Source: Escherichia coli
GTDB lineage: Bacteria; Pseudomonadota; Gammaproteobacteria; Enterobacterales; Enterobacteriaceae
Assembly (NCBI RefSeq): GCF_003334335.1
Contig: NZ_QOWQ01000005.1
Strand: one strand, 5' to 3'
Length of the DNA stretch: 64,000 bases
A model generated the notes under the pieces. The model was not told where the DNA came from. It made no database searches and saw nothing but the letters and a program-made list of their open reading frames with translations. Every line of letters begins with the position of its first letter. The stretch's first letter is position 1. Positions 51,338 to 61,113 of the stretch are shown one piece after another. Both the position numbers and the translations under genes were made by a program.

Positions 51338-52827
51338 AACGCCCCAATTTTCTGTTCGTCATGACCGATACCCAGGCCACCAATATGGTCGGTTGCTATA
51401 GCGGTAAACCGCTGAATACGCAAAATATTGATAGTCTGGCGGCGGAAGGTATTCGCTTTAATTCCGCCTACACCTGTTCACCGGTTTGTACGCCTGCACG
51501 GGCCGGACTATTTACCGGTATCTACGCTAACCAGTCCGGCCCGTGGACCAACAACGTCGCGCCAGGCAAAAACATCTCCACTATGGGGCGCTACTTTAAG
51601 GATGCCGGCTATCACACCTGTTACATCGGCAAATGGCATCTCGACGGTCATGACTATTTCGGCACTGGCGAGTGTCCGCCGGAGTGGGACGCTGATTACT
51701 GGTTCGATGGGGCGAACTATCTTAGCGAACTGACGGAAAAAGAGATTAGCCTGTGGCGCAATGGCCTAAACAGCGTCGAAGATTTACAGGCGAACCATAT
51801 CGACGAAACCTTCACCTGGGCGCATCGTATCAGCAATCGGGCGGTGGATTTTCTGCAACAGCCTGCGCGCGCAGACGAGCCTTTCCTGATGGTGGTTTCG
51901 TATGATGAGCCGCATCACCCGTTCACCTGTCCGGTGGAGTATTTAGAGAAATACGCTGATTTTTACTACGAGCTGGGCGAGAAAGCACAGGATGACCTGG
52001 CTAACAAACCGGAACATCACCGCTTATGGGCGCAGGCGATGCCATCGCCAGTCGGTGATGACGGGCTTTATCACCATCCGCTCTATTTTGCCTGTAATGA
52101 CTTTGTTGATGACCAAATCGGACGGGTCATCAATGCCTTAACGCCAGAGCAACGTGAAAATACGTGGGTTATTTATACCTCCGATCACGGCGAAATGATG
52201 GGCGCACATAAGCTGATCAGTAAAGGGGCGGCGATGTATGACGACATCACCCGCATTCCGCTGATCATCCGTTCGCCGCAAGGGGAGCGGCGACAGGTCG
52301 ATACGCCAGTCAGTCATATCGATTTACTGCCGACAATGATGGCGCTGGCAGATATTGAAAAACCAGAGATTCTGCCGGGGGAAAATATCCTTGCCGTGAA
52401 AGAGCCACGCGGCGTGATGGTGGAATTTAACCGCTACGAGATTGAGCATGACAGCTTTGGCGGTTTTATTCCGGTGCGTTGCTGGGTGACGGATGACTTT
52501 AAACTGGTACTCAACCTCTTCACCAGTGATGAACTTTACGATCGCCGTAATGACCCAAATGAAATGCATAACCTGATCGATGATATCCGTTTTGCAGACG
52601 TTCGCAGCAAAATGCATGACGCCTTATTGGATTACATGGACAAAATTCGCGATCCGTTCCGCAGTTACCAATGGAGTCTGCGTCCGTGGCGTAAAGATGC
52701 ACGGCCGCGCTGGATGGGGGCGTTTCGTCCACGTCCACAAGATGGCTATTCGCCAGTTGTACGCGACTATGACACCGGCCTACCGACACAAGGGGTGAAG
52801 GTGGAGGAGAAAAAACAGAAGTTCTGA
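51334..52827 (+). CDS. yidJ: Cys-type sulfatase YidJ (497 aa)
   Basis: Sulfatase signature CTPARAGLFTG (C-x-P-x-R) near N-terminus, metal-binding DTQ near start. Confidence 0.9.
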   Translation: MKRPNFLFVMTDTQATNMVGCYSGKPLNTQNIDSLAAEGIRFNSAYTCSPVCTPARAGLFTGIYANQSGPWTNNVAPGKNISTMGRYFKDAGYHTCYIGKWHLDGHDYFGTGECPPEWDADYWFDGANYLSELTEKEISLWRNGLNSVEDLQANHIDETFTWAHRISNRAVDFLQQPARADEPFLMVVSYDEPHHPFTCPVEYLEKYADFYYELGEKAQDDLANKPEHHRLWAQAMPSPVGDDGLYHHPLYFACNDFVDDQIGRVINALTPEQRENTWVIYTSDHGEMMGAHKLISKGAAMYDDITRIPLIIRSPQGERRQVDTPVSHIDLLPTMMALADIEKPEILPGENILAVKEPRGVMVEFNRYEIEHDSFGGFIPVRCWVTDDFKLVLNLFTSDELYDRRNDPNEMHNLIDDIRFADVRSKMHDALLDYMDKIRDPFRSYQWSLRPWRKDARPRWMGAFRPRPQDGYSPVVRDYDTGLPTQGVKVEEKKQKF

Positions 52828-52873
52828 CGATAATGCCCGCTGATGATCACCCGGCGGGCATTATTCAGGCTGC

Positions 52874-53323
52874 TTAAACCAGTGAACCGCCGGTCAGGAA
52901 GGAAAAGATAAGGAATATCAGCAAAATGCTGCACACGATGCCGATACCAAAAAGCAAGGTATGGAAAGCCAGCGTCCCGCCGCCAAAAACCAGCGCGCCG
53001 CGAATGCCCCAGCGATTTTCCTTACGCATACCGCCAATAAATGCGCAAAGTAGCGCAGCAATGGCCAGTGCGATACCGCTTTGATTGAGGATTTTATCGA
53101 CATCTACGTCCTCTTTTTTCTCCACGGTGGTAATTTTTTCGCCTTTTATTCCGGCGAGAAGACCTCTTTTAATTTCAGCCGTTTTGTCCGCCACGATGCT
53201 TTCAAACGTTGGCGGTGGTGCGGAGAAAGGGCCGAATGAAAAGTGGATAATCCCCATCATTAAAGCGATGGCACCGAACAGCATGCCCAATGAACTGATT
53301 TTATTTTGAGCTATGATACCCAT
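52874..53323 (-). CDS. yidI: Small inner-membrane protein YidI (149 aa)
   Basis: Trimmed to MGIIAQNKISSLGMLFGAIALMMG…; hydrophobic. Confidence 0.8.
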   Translation of the reverse strand: MGIIAQNKISSLGMLFGAIALMMGIIHFSFGPFSAPPPTFESIVADKTAEIKRGLLAGIKGEKITTVEKKEDVDVDKILNQSGIALAIAALLCAFIGGMRKENRWGIRGALVFGGGTLAFHTLLFGIGIVCSILLIFLIFSFLTGGSLV

Positions 53324-53430
53324 CTGACCTCCTTGTAGCGGATGGCAAAAGCATATCAGGAAACGGGCGGACGAAATTCTTAAAAAAACCGCTAAAGGTA
53401 GAGCGTTAGTGAAATTGCAAAGGAGCAACA

Positions 53431-53778
53431 ATGAAAATTTCCCGCCTCGGAGAAGCGCCTGATTACCGCTTCTCGCTGGCTAATGAGCGTACTTTTCTGG
53501 CGTGGATCCGTACTGCACTAGGATTTCTGGCGGCGGGGGTTGGGCTTGATCAACTTGCGCCAGATTTCGCCACGCCCGTCATTCGCGAACTGCTGGCGTT
53601 GTTGTTGTGTCTGTTTTCCGGCGGGTTAGCGATGTATGGCTACTTGCGCTGGTTACGCAATGAAAAAGCGATGCGTCTGAAAGAGGACCTGCCCTACACC
53701 AACAGCTTATTAATCATTAGCTTAATATTGATGGTCGTGGCGGTGATCGTTATGGGACTGGTGTTGTATGCCGGATAG
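53431..53778 (+). CDS. yidH: DUF202-family small membrane protein YidH (115 aa)
   Basis: ERTFLAWIRT motif typical of DUF202; overlaps yidG start by 11 nt. Confidence 0.85.
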   Translation: MKISRLGEAPDYRFSLANERTFLAWIRTALGFLAAGVGLDQLAPDFATPVIRELLALLLCLFSGGLAMYGYLRWLRNEKAMRLKEDLPYTNSLLIISLILMVVAVIVMGLVLYAG

Positions 53779-54130
53779 CCGCAAAGCCAGACGCATTGCC
53801 GACCCAGGACTGCAGCCGGAGCGCACATCACTGGCGTGGTTTCGTACCATGCTGGGCTACGGCGCGTTGATGGCGTTGGCTATCAAACACAACTGGCACC
53901 AGGCGGGCATGTTATTCTGGATTTCGATTGGCATTCTCGCCATCGTGGCGCTGATCCTCTGGCACTACACCCGTAATCGCAATTTAATGGATGTCACGAA
54001 TAGCGATTTTTCCCAATTTCACGTAGTCCGTGACAAATTTTTGATCTCCCTCGCGGTGTTATCTCTCGCAATACTGTTTGCTGTAACGCATATACATCAA
54101 CTTATCGTATTTATTGAGAGAGTCGCATGA
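53768..54130 (+). CDS. yidG: DUF202-family small membrane protein YidG (120 aa)
   Basis: ERTSLAWFRT motif, paralogous to yidH; overlaps yidF start. Confidence 0.85.
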   Translation: MPDSRKARRIADPGLQPERTSLAWFRTMLGYGALMALAIKHNWHQAGMLFWISIGILAIVALILWHYTRNRNLMDVTNSDFSQFHVVRDKFLISLAVLSLAILFAVTHIHQLIVFIERVA

Positions 54131-54624
54131 CAGGAAGTCAGGTCATTGATGCTGAAGAGGACAGGCATAAACTGGTTGTAGAGTACAAGGATGCTCTGCA
54201 ACCTGCCGATTTTTATCACAATTTCAAACAGCGGGGCATCCGCTCCGTACAGCTCATTCCCTATCTTGAATTTGATGACCGGGGCGATCTGACGGCCGCT
54301 TCGGTGACAGCAGAGCTGTGGGGGAAATTTTTAATTGCCCTGTTCGAGTGTTGGGTGCGGGCAGATATCAGTCGTATCTCGATTGAGCTTTTTGACGCCA
54401 CCTTACAAAAATGGTGTGGCAGCGAAAACCCGCAACCGCGCTGTGACTGCCAGGCGTGCGACTGGCATCGCCTGTGCCCGCACGCTCGGCAGGAGACGCC
54501 AGACAGCGTGCTTTGTGCGGGCTATCAGGCGTTTTATTCTTACTCCGCACCGCATATGCGGGTGATGCGTGATCTGATAAAGCAGCATCGTTCTCCCATG
54601 GAGCTGATGACGATGCTGCGGTGA
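54127..54624 (+). CDS. yidF: YidF, Cys-rich protein resembling the C-terminal (SPASM-like) part of an anaerobic sulfatase-maturating enzyme (165 aa)
   Basis: C-terminal cluster CDCQACDWHRLCP…CAGY; no N-terminal CxxxCxxC radical-SAM motif present. Confidence 0.8.
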   Translation: MTGSQVIDAEEDRHKLVVEYKDALQPADFYHNFKQRGIRSVQLIPYLEFDDRGDLTAASVTAELWGKFLIALFECWVRADISRISIELFDATLQKWCGSENPQPRCDCQACDWHRLCPHARQETPDSVLCAGYQAFYSYSAPHMRVMRDLIKQHRSPMELMTMLR

Positions 54625-54631
54625 CGTGCGC

Positions 54632-55816
54632 TTAAACGGGCTGCCCCTGATGCGACATCCGCGTCGCCAGCGGCAGCCAGCACAGCACGATCAACAATCC
54701 CATTAAGGTCATCAACAACCCCAGGCTGCCCTGACCGGTTTGCGGCAACATCGCAGAGAGCGACGCCAGCACGCCGGAACCAATGTTTTGCAGACCGCCG
54801 ACCAGCGCGCCAGCCGTGCCCGCCAGGAAGGGGAACGGCTCCATCGCGCCGCTGGTCGCCAGCGGAAACAGCATCCCGGCACCGAAAAAGAACAGCGCGG
54901 CGGGAACGAGCAGCGTCCAGACATTCATCACGCCAAACCAGTCGGGGATCCACATCAGCAAGCCAGCCAGCAGGCAGCAGATAACCGACTGCCACATTAA
55001 CGTGGAGAAGCGTTTATTGGGACGTCCGGCAAACCATGCGCCAAAAAACGCTGCCGGAATCGGCAGAATAAACAAAATACTGACCGTCATACTGCTCAGC
55101 CCTAACACCGCGCCCATCAGCACGCCGGAGCAGGCTTCAAAGGCGGCAATCCCGGCCAGACCGCCAATCAGCATCAGCAAATAACAGTTAAAACCGCTGT
55201 TACCGAAAAGCGTTTTATAACTGGTAAGCAGGCGCGTGCGCGGTGCATCGACCGGACGCGTTTCCGGCATCCAGCGGGCCATACTGAAGGTCACACCAGC
55301 ACAAAGAACCAACAAAAAGAGATAACAGGCGCGCCAGTTCCACATCGTATCCAGCAGACCGCCGATTAGCGGTGCGAGCAACGGACTGACGAGAATCCCC
55401 ATGTTTAACAGGCTGTTAGCATGGCGCAACTGTGTCCGTTCATATAAATCTCGCGGTAAAGTACGCGCCATTACGCCGCCAACGCCGGTGCCCATCCCCT
55501 GCATCGCGCTGGCGGCAATCAACACCGTCAAACTGGAGGTCGTGACCGCGACCAGCGTTGCCAGCATAAAAATGGACATTCCGACGAGGATCACCGGTCG
55601 GCGGCCCACGCGGTCGGAAATCGGGCCATAAAACAGCTGTGAGACACCGTAAGTCAGCAGATAAGCGCCCATTACGCTCTGCACCGCCCCTTCACGGACG
55701 TTGAGATCGCGCGCCATATCGGCAATAGCTGGAATATAAATGGTTTGCGCCATCTGACCGACGGCCACGAGTAATACCAACATCAATAACAAATTGACGT
55801 TTCTTTGCCTTTTCAT
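54632..55816 (-). CDS. emrD: MFS multidrug efflux pump EmrD (394 aa)
   Basis: Trimmed to MKRQRNVNLLLMLVLLVAVGQMAQTIYIPAI…; 12-TM MFS. Confidence 0.92.
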   Translation of the reverse strand: MKRQRNVNLLLMLVLLVAVGQMAQTIYIPAIADMARDLNVREGAVQSVMGAYLLTYGVSQLFYGPISDRVGRRPVILVGMSIFMLATLVAVTTSSLTVLIAASAMQGMGTGVGGVMARTLPRDLYERTQLRHANSLLNMGILVSPLLAPLIGGLLDTMWNWRACYLFLLVLCAGVTFSMARWMPETRPVDAPRTRLLTSYKTLFGNSGFNCYLLMLIGGLAGIAAFEACSGVLMGAVLGLSSMTVSILFILPIPAAFFGAWFAGRPNKRFSTLMWQSVICCLLAGLLMWIPDWFGVMNVWTLLVPAALFFFGAGMLFPLATSGAMEPFPFLAGTAGALVGGLQNIGSGVLASLSAMLPQTGQGSLGLLMTLMGLLIVLCWLPLATRMSHQGQPV

Positions 55817-56095
55817 TATCACGGATGCTTTTATAAAAATAATTAGAATAAGTCACTACGCATTCCCATAAATGCGGGAGAGGAATCTATCACATTGATG
55901 AATGTTAGCCAGATATACGCCAGGAATGGGGAATTGTTTAGCGGCAGAATATGTAAACAAAAGCGGCAATAAATGTTGCCGGGAGAGATGGTAGGGCGGA
56001 TAAGATGCGTCAGCATCGCATCCGACACCAACCCGCACGCTAAATATAAAAGGGGAGCGGTTTCCCGCTCCCCTTTGGTGCGACTTGAATCTGAA

Positions 56096-56185
56096 TTACT
56101 TCAGGTATTTCAGAACAGCATCAAGCAGTTGCAGTGCTGCAACAATGAGTTTGAGGATAAGAATGGCGATATCCACCAGGTTCAT
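56096..56185 (-). CDS. tisB: Type I toxin TisB (29-aa SOS-induced membrane peptide), not in ORF track
   Basis: Reverse-complement translation gives MNLVDIAILILKLIVAALQLLDAVLKYLK-stop; followed on the minus strand by a terminator hairpin (about 56050-56078). Confidence 0.93.
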   Translation of the reverse strand: MNLVDIAILILKLIVAALQLLDAVLKYLK

Positions 56186-56421
56186 ACGCGTCTCCTGTGG
56201 TTCAGGAGCACTGCCAGCTGACGTACCTTTCCGCTGCCTGTTGCCAGCTGTTGTGCACGCGGTATCTCAAGGAGAAACGTTGTGCTTGTTGACATAACAC
56301 AGTGTGCTCACGCGGGGTTAAGGCGCTGACGGCACCACCCGTTTCAGCCAGGACTTAGTGCGCCGGGTAACGATGCGGCCCCCGCATAACACATTGCGTA
56401 CAGTGATATTATAGAAGTTTA

Positions 56422-56437
56422 CTGTATAAATAAACAG
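56422..56437. promoter_or_regulatory. LexA box (SOS box) between divergent tisAB and istR
   Basis: CTGTATAAATAAACAG matches the CTGT-N8-ACAG consensus perfectly. Confidence 0.9.
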
Positions 56438-56479
56438 TAATATTTGGACAAAACGCAAACTGTGATCGATACTCAACTA

Positions 56480-56622
56480 TGCACTAAATACGTCAAAATT
56501 CGTGCCGAAATTGCGCGTTCTGCGCGGAACACGTATACTTTCAGTGTTGACATAATACAGTGTGCTTTGCGGTTACCAGCCGCAGGCGACTGACGAAACC
56601 TCGCTCCGGCGGGGTTTTTTGT
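56480..56622 (+). ncRNA. istR: IstR antitoxin sRNA (IstR-2 about 140 nt; IstR-1 about 75 nt from about 56546; shared terminator)
   Basis: Candidate promoters (TTGGAC-18-GATACT; tatact at 56534-56539), 21-nt stretch 56546-56566 nearly identical to 56288-56308 in the tisAB leader, terminator gaaacctcgctccggcggggtttttt; 5' ends approximate. Confidence 0.75.
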
Positions 56623-56749
56623 TATCTGCAATTCAGTACAAAACGTGATCAACCCCTCAATTTTCCCTTGCTGAAAAATTTTCCATTGTCTCCCCTGTAA
56701 AGCTGTGCTTGTATAAATATTGTTAAACACAAAACCAACAAGGTCCCCA

Positions 56750-56848
56750 ATGACTACTTCCATGCTCAACGCAAAACTACTACCAACTGCGCCATCCGCC
56801 GCAGTGGTCGTCGTGCGTGTGGTGGTGGTCGTCGGCAATGCGCCGTAG
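56750..56848 (+). CDS. ivbL: ilvB operon leader peptide IvbL (32 aa), not in ORF track
   Basis: Translation MTTSMLNAKLLPTAPSAAVVVVRVVVVVGNAP-stop, with the Val/Leu-rich control codons. Confidence 0.93.
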   Translation: MTTSMLNAKLLPTAPSAAVVVVRVVVVVGNAP

Positions 56849-56871
56849 GGACTGGAACAACACACGATTCC

Positions 56872-56910
56872 AAAACCCCGCCGGCGCAAACCGGGCGGGG
56901 TTTTTCGTTT
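56872..56910 (+). terminator. ilvBN attenuator terminator
   Basis: aaaaccccgccggcgcaaaccgggcggggtttttcgttt: GC stem plus T-run between ivbL and ilvB. Confidence 0.85.
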
Positions 56911-56953
56911 AAGCACCTCCCGGAAAGTCGGCCCAGAAGAAAAGGACTGGAGC

Positions 56954-58642
56954 ATGGCAAGTTCGGGCACAACATCGACGCGTAAGCGCTTTACCGGCGC
57001 AGAATTTATCGTTCATTTCCTGGAACAGCAGGGCATTAAGATTGTGACAGGCATTCCGGGCGGTTCTATCCTGCCTGTTTACGATGCCTTAAGCCAAAGC
57101 ACGCAAATCCGCCATATTCTGGCCCGTCATGAACAGGGCGCGGGCTTTATCGCTCAGGGAATGGCGCGCACCGACGGTAAACCGGCGGTCTGTATGGCCT
57201 GTAGCGGACCGGGTGCGACTAACCTGGTGACCGCCATTGCCGATGCGCGGCTGGACTCCATCCCGCTGATTTGCATCACTGGTCAGGTTCCCGCCTCGAT
57301 GATCGGCACCGACGCCTTCCAGGAAGTGGACACCTACGGCATCTCTATCCCCATCACCAAACACAACTATCTGGTCAGACATATCGAAGAACTCCCGCAG
57401 GTCATGAGCGATGCCTTCCGCATTGCGCAATCAGGCCGCCCAGGCCCGGTGTGGATAGACATTCCTAAGGATGTGCAAACGGCAGTTTTTGAGATTGAAA
57501 CACAGCCCGCTATGGCAGAAAAAGCCGCCGCCCCCGCCTTTAGCGAAGAAAGCATTCGTGACGCAGCGGCGATGATTAACGCTGCCAAACGCCCGGTGCT
57601 TTATCTGGGCGGCGGTGTGATCAATGCGCCCGCACGGGTGCGTGAACTGGCGGAGAAAGCGCAACTGCCTACCACCATGACTTTAATGGCGCTGGGCATG
57701 TTGCCAAAAGCGCATCCGTTGTCGCTGGGTATGCTGGGGATGCACGGCGTGCGCAGCACCAACTATATTTTGCAGGAGGCGGATTTGTTGATAGTGCTCG
57801 GTGCGCGTTTTGATGACCGGGCGGTTGGCAAAACCGAGCAGTTCTGTCCGAATGCCAAAATCATTCATGTCGATATCGACCGTGCAGAGCTGGGTAAAAT
57901 CAAGCAGCCGCACGTGGCGATTCAGGCGGATGTTGATGACGTGCTGGCGCAGTTGATCCCGCTGGTGGAAGCGCAACCGCGTGCAGAGTGGCACCAGTTG
58001 GTAGCGGATTTGCAGCGTGAGTTTCCGTGTCCAATCCCGAAAGCGTGCGATCCGTTAAGCCATTACGGCCTGATCAACGCCGTTGCCGCCTGTGTCGATG
58101 ACAATGCAATTATCACCACCGACGTTGGTCAGCATCAGATGTGGACCGCGCAAGCTTATCCGCTCAATCGCCCACGCCAGTGGCTGACCTCCGGTGGGCT
58201 GGGCACGATGGGTTTTGGCCTGCCTGCGGCGATTGGCGCTGCGCTGGCGAACCCGGATCGCAAAGTGTTGTGTTTCTCCGGCGACGGCAGCCTGATGATG
58301 AATATTCAGGAGATGGCGACCGCCAGTGAAAATCAGCTGGATGTCAAAATCATTCTGATGAACAACGAAGCGCTGGGGCTGGTGCATCAGCAACAGAGTC
58401 TGTTCTACGAGCAAGGCGTTTTTGCCGCCACCTATCCGGGCAAAATCAACTTTATGCAGATTGCCGCCGGATTCGGCCTCGAAACCTGTGATTTGAATAA
58501 CGAAGCCGATCCGCAGGCTTCATTGCAGGAAATCATCAATCGCCCTGGCCCGGCGCTGATCCATGTGCGCATTGATGCCGAAGAAAAAGTTTACCCGATG
58601 GTGCCGCCAGGTGCGGCGAATACTGAAATGGTGGGGGAATAA
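56954..58642 (+). CDS. ilvB: Acetolactate synthase I large subunit IlvB (562 aa)
   Basis: ThDP-dependent enzyme; ThDP motif GDGS…NN in C-terminal part. Confidence 0.95.
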   Translation: MASSGTTSTRKRFTGAEFIVHFLEQQGIKIVTGIPGGSILPVYDALSQSTQIRHILARHEQGAGFIAQGMARTDGKPAVCMACSGPGATNLVTAIADARLDSIPLICITGQVPASMIGTDAFQEVDTYGISIPITKHNYLVRHIEELPQVMSDAFRIAQSGRPGPVWIDIPKDVQTAVFEIETQPAMAEKAAAPAFSEESIRDAAAMINAAKRPVLYLGGGVINAPARVRELAEKAQLPTTMTLMALGMLPKAHPLSLGMLGMHGVRSTNYILQEADLLIVLGARFDDRAVGKTEQFCPNAKIIHVDIDRAELGKIKQPHVAIQADVDDVLAQLIPLVEAQPRAEWHQLVADLQREFPCPIPKACDPLSHYGLINAVAACVDDNAIITTDVGQHQMWTAQAYPLNRPRQWLTSGGLGTMGFGLPAAIGAALANPDRKVLCFSGDGSLMMNIQEMATASENQLDVKIILMNNEALGLVHQQQSLFYEQGVFAATYPGKINFMQIAAGFGLETCDLNNEADPQASLQEIINRPGPALIHVRIDAEEKVYPMVPPGAANTEMVGE

Positions 58643-58645
58643 GCC

Positions 58646-58936
58646 ATGCAAAACACAACTCATGACAACGTAATTCTGGAGCTCACCGTTCGCAACCATC
58701 CGGGCGTAATGACCCACGTTTGTGGCCTTTTTGCCCGCCGCGCTTTTAACGTTGAAGGCATTCTTTGTCTGCCGATTCAGGACAGCGACAAAAGCCATAT
58801 CTGGCTACTGGTCAATGACGACCAGCGTCTGGAGCAGATGATAAGCCAAATCGATAAGCTGGAAGATGTCGTGAAAGTGCAGCGTAATCAGTCCGATCCG
58901 ACGATGTTTAACAAGATCGCGGTGTTTTTTCAGTAA
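58646..58936 (+). CDS. ilvN: Acetolactate synthase I small regulatory subunit IlvN (96 aa)
   Basis: ACT-domain small subunit ([39 protein letters not shown]…). Confidence 0.93.
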
Positions 58937-58958
58937 CCGCTCAAGGCTTGAACAACAT

Positions 58959-58994
58959 CGCGCTTATCGTTAAGGTAAGCGCGTATTTTTTTTA
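58959..58994 (+). terminator. Rho-independent terminator after ilvN
   Basis: cgcgcttatcgttaaggtaagcgcg stem followed by T-run (tattttttttt). Confidence 0.8.
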
Positions 58995-59011
58995 CCCGCC
59001 AGGACAAGACC

Positions 59012-59602
59012 ATGATCACCGTTGCCCTTATAGACGATCACCTCATCGTCCGCTCCGGCTTTGCGCAGCTGCTGGGGCTGGAACCTGATTTGCAGGTAGT
59101 TGCCGAGTTTGGTTCGGGGCGCGAGGCGCTGGCGGGGCTGCCGGGGCGCGGTGTGCAGGTGTGTATTTGCGATATCTCCATGCCCGATATCTCCGGTCTG
59201 GAGCTGCTAAGCCAGCTGCCGAAAGGTATGGCGACGATTATGCTCTCTGTTCACGACAGTCCTGCGCTGGTTGAGCAGGCGCTTAACGCGGGGGCACGCG
59301 GCTTTCTTTCCAAACGCTGTAGCCCGGATGAACTCATTGCTGCGGTGCATACGGTTGCCACGGGCGGCTGTTATCTGACGCCGGATATTGCCATTAAACT
59401 GGCATCCGGTCGTCAGGACCCGCTAACCAAACGTGAACGCCAGGTGGCGGAAAAACTGGCGCAAGGAATGGCGGTGAAAGAGATTGCCGCCGAACTGGGC
59501 TTGTCACCGAAAACGGTACACGTCCATCGCGCCAATCTGATGGAAAAACTGGGCGTCAGTAACGACGTAGAGCTGGCGCGCCGCATGTTTGATGGCTGGT
59601 GA
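59012..59602 (+). CDS. uhpA: Response regulator UhpA (NarL/FixJ family, 196 aa)
   Basis: Receiver domain (…[13 protein letters not shown]…) plus LuxR-type HTH. Confidence 0.95.
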
Positions 59603-61104
59603 TGAAGACGTTGTTCTCCCGCTTAATTACCGTTATTGCCTGCTTTTTTATCTTCTCTGCCGCATGGTTTTGCCTGTGGAGTATCAGCCTGCATCTGGTT
59701 GAGCGCCCTGATATGGCGGTGCTGTTATTTCCGTTTGGTCTGCGTCTGGGGCTAATGCTGCAATGCCCGCGCGGATACTGGCCCGTATTGCTGGGCGCGG
59801 AGTGGCTGCTGATTTACTGGCTAACGCAGGCGGTCGGTTTAACCCATTTTCCGTTATTGATGATCGGTAGTTTACTGACGTTACTGCCCGTAGCGCTGAT
59901 CTCGCGCTATCGCCATCAGCGTGACTGGCGCACCTTGCTGTTACAGGGGGCGGCGTTAACGGCGGCGGCGTTGTTGCAGTCGCTGCCCTGGCTTTGGCAC
60001 GGCAAAGAGTCGTGGAATGCGCTGTTGCTGACTTTAACTGGCGGCCTGACGCTGGCCCCGATATGTCTGGTGTTCTGGCACTATCTCGCCAATAACACCT
60101 GGCTGCCGCTCGGTCCGTCACTGGTTTCTCAGCCAATCAACTGGCGCGGGCGACATCTGGTCTGGTACTTGCTGCTGTTTGTTATCAGTCTCTGGCTCCA
60201 GTTGGGATTGCCGGACGAACTGTCGCGCTTTACGCCATTCTGTCTGGCGCTGCCGATTATCGCGCTGGCCTGGCACTATGGTTGGCAAGGGGCGCTGATT
60301 GCGACGTTGATGAACGCCATCGCGCTGATCGCCAGTCAAACCTGGCGCGATCATCCGGTGGATTTATTGCTCTCGCTGCTGGTGCAAAGTCTGACAGGGT
60401 TGTTGCTTGGCGCTGGCATCCAGCGGTTGCGTGAACTTAACCAGTCGCTGCAAAAGGAACTGGCGCGCAATCAGCATCTGGCTGAACGGTTGCTGGAAAC
60501 CGAAGAGAGCGTGCGCCGTGATGTGGCGCGTGAGCTGCATGATGATATCGGTCAGACCATCACTGCTATTCGTACTCAGGCGGGCATTGTTCAGCGGCTG
60601 GCGGCAGATAACGCCAGCGTGAAGCAGAGCGGGCAGCTCATCGAACAACTATCGCTGGGCGTTTACGACGCGGTGCGCCGTTTGTTGGGTCGGTTACGTC
60701 CGCGCCAGTTGGATGATCTCACCCTGGAGCAGGCCATCCGCTCACTGATGCGGGAAATGGAGCTGGAAGGGCGCGGTATTGTCAGCCATCTCGAATGGCG
60801 AATCGATGAATCAGCGTTAAGCGAAAACCAGCGCGTGACGCTGTTTCGTGTCTGCCAGGAAGGGCTGAACAACATTGTGAAACATGCTGATGCCAGCGCG
60901 GTCACCCTGCAAGGCTGGCAGCAGGATGAACGGTTGATGCTGGTTATTGAAGACGATGGCAGCGGTTTGCCGCCGGGTTCCGGGCAACAAGGTTTTGGCC
61001 TCACCGGAATGCGCGAGCGCGTAACGGCGCTGGGTGGCACATTACACATTTCCTGTCTGCACGGCACGCGTGTCAGCGTTTCTCTACCTCAACGCTATGT
61101 CTAA
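59602..61104 (+). CDS. uhpB: Sensor histidine kinase UhpB (500 aa)
   Basis: ATG at 59602 overlapping uhpA stop; N-terminal membrane domain, H-box ELHDDIGQ, C-terminal ATPase. Confidence 0.93.
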
Positions 61105-61113
61105 GGTTTGATG

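Noticed and set aside
54712-55184. Several overlapping ORFs on both strands within emrD
   Set aside because: Alternative frames of the MFS pump gene; the Ala/Arg-rich translations reflect GC-rich codon shadows
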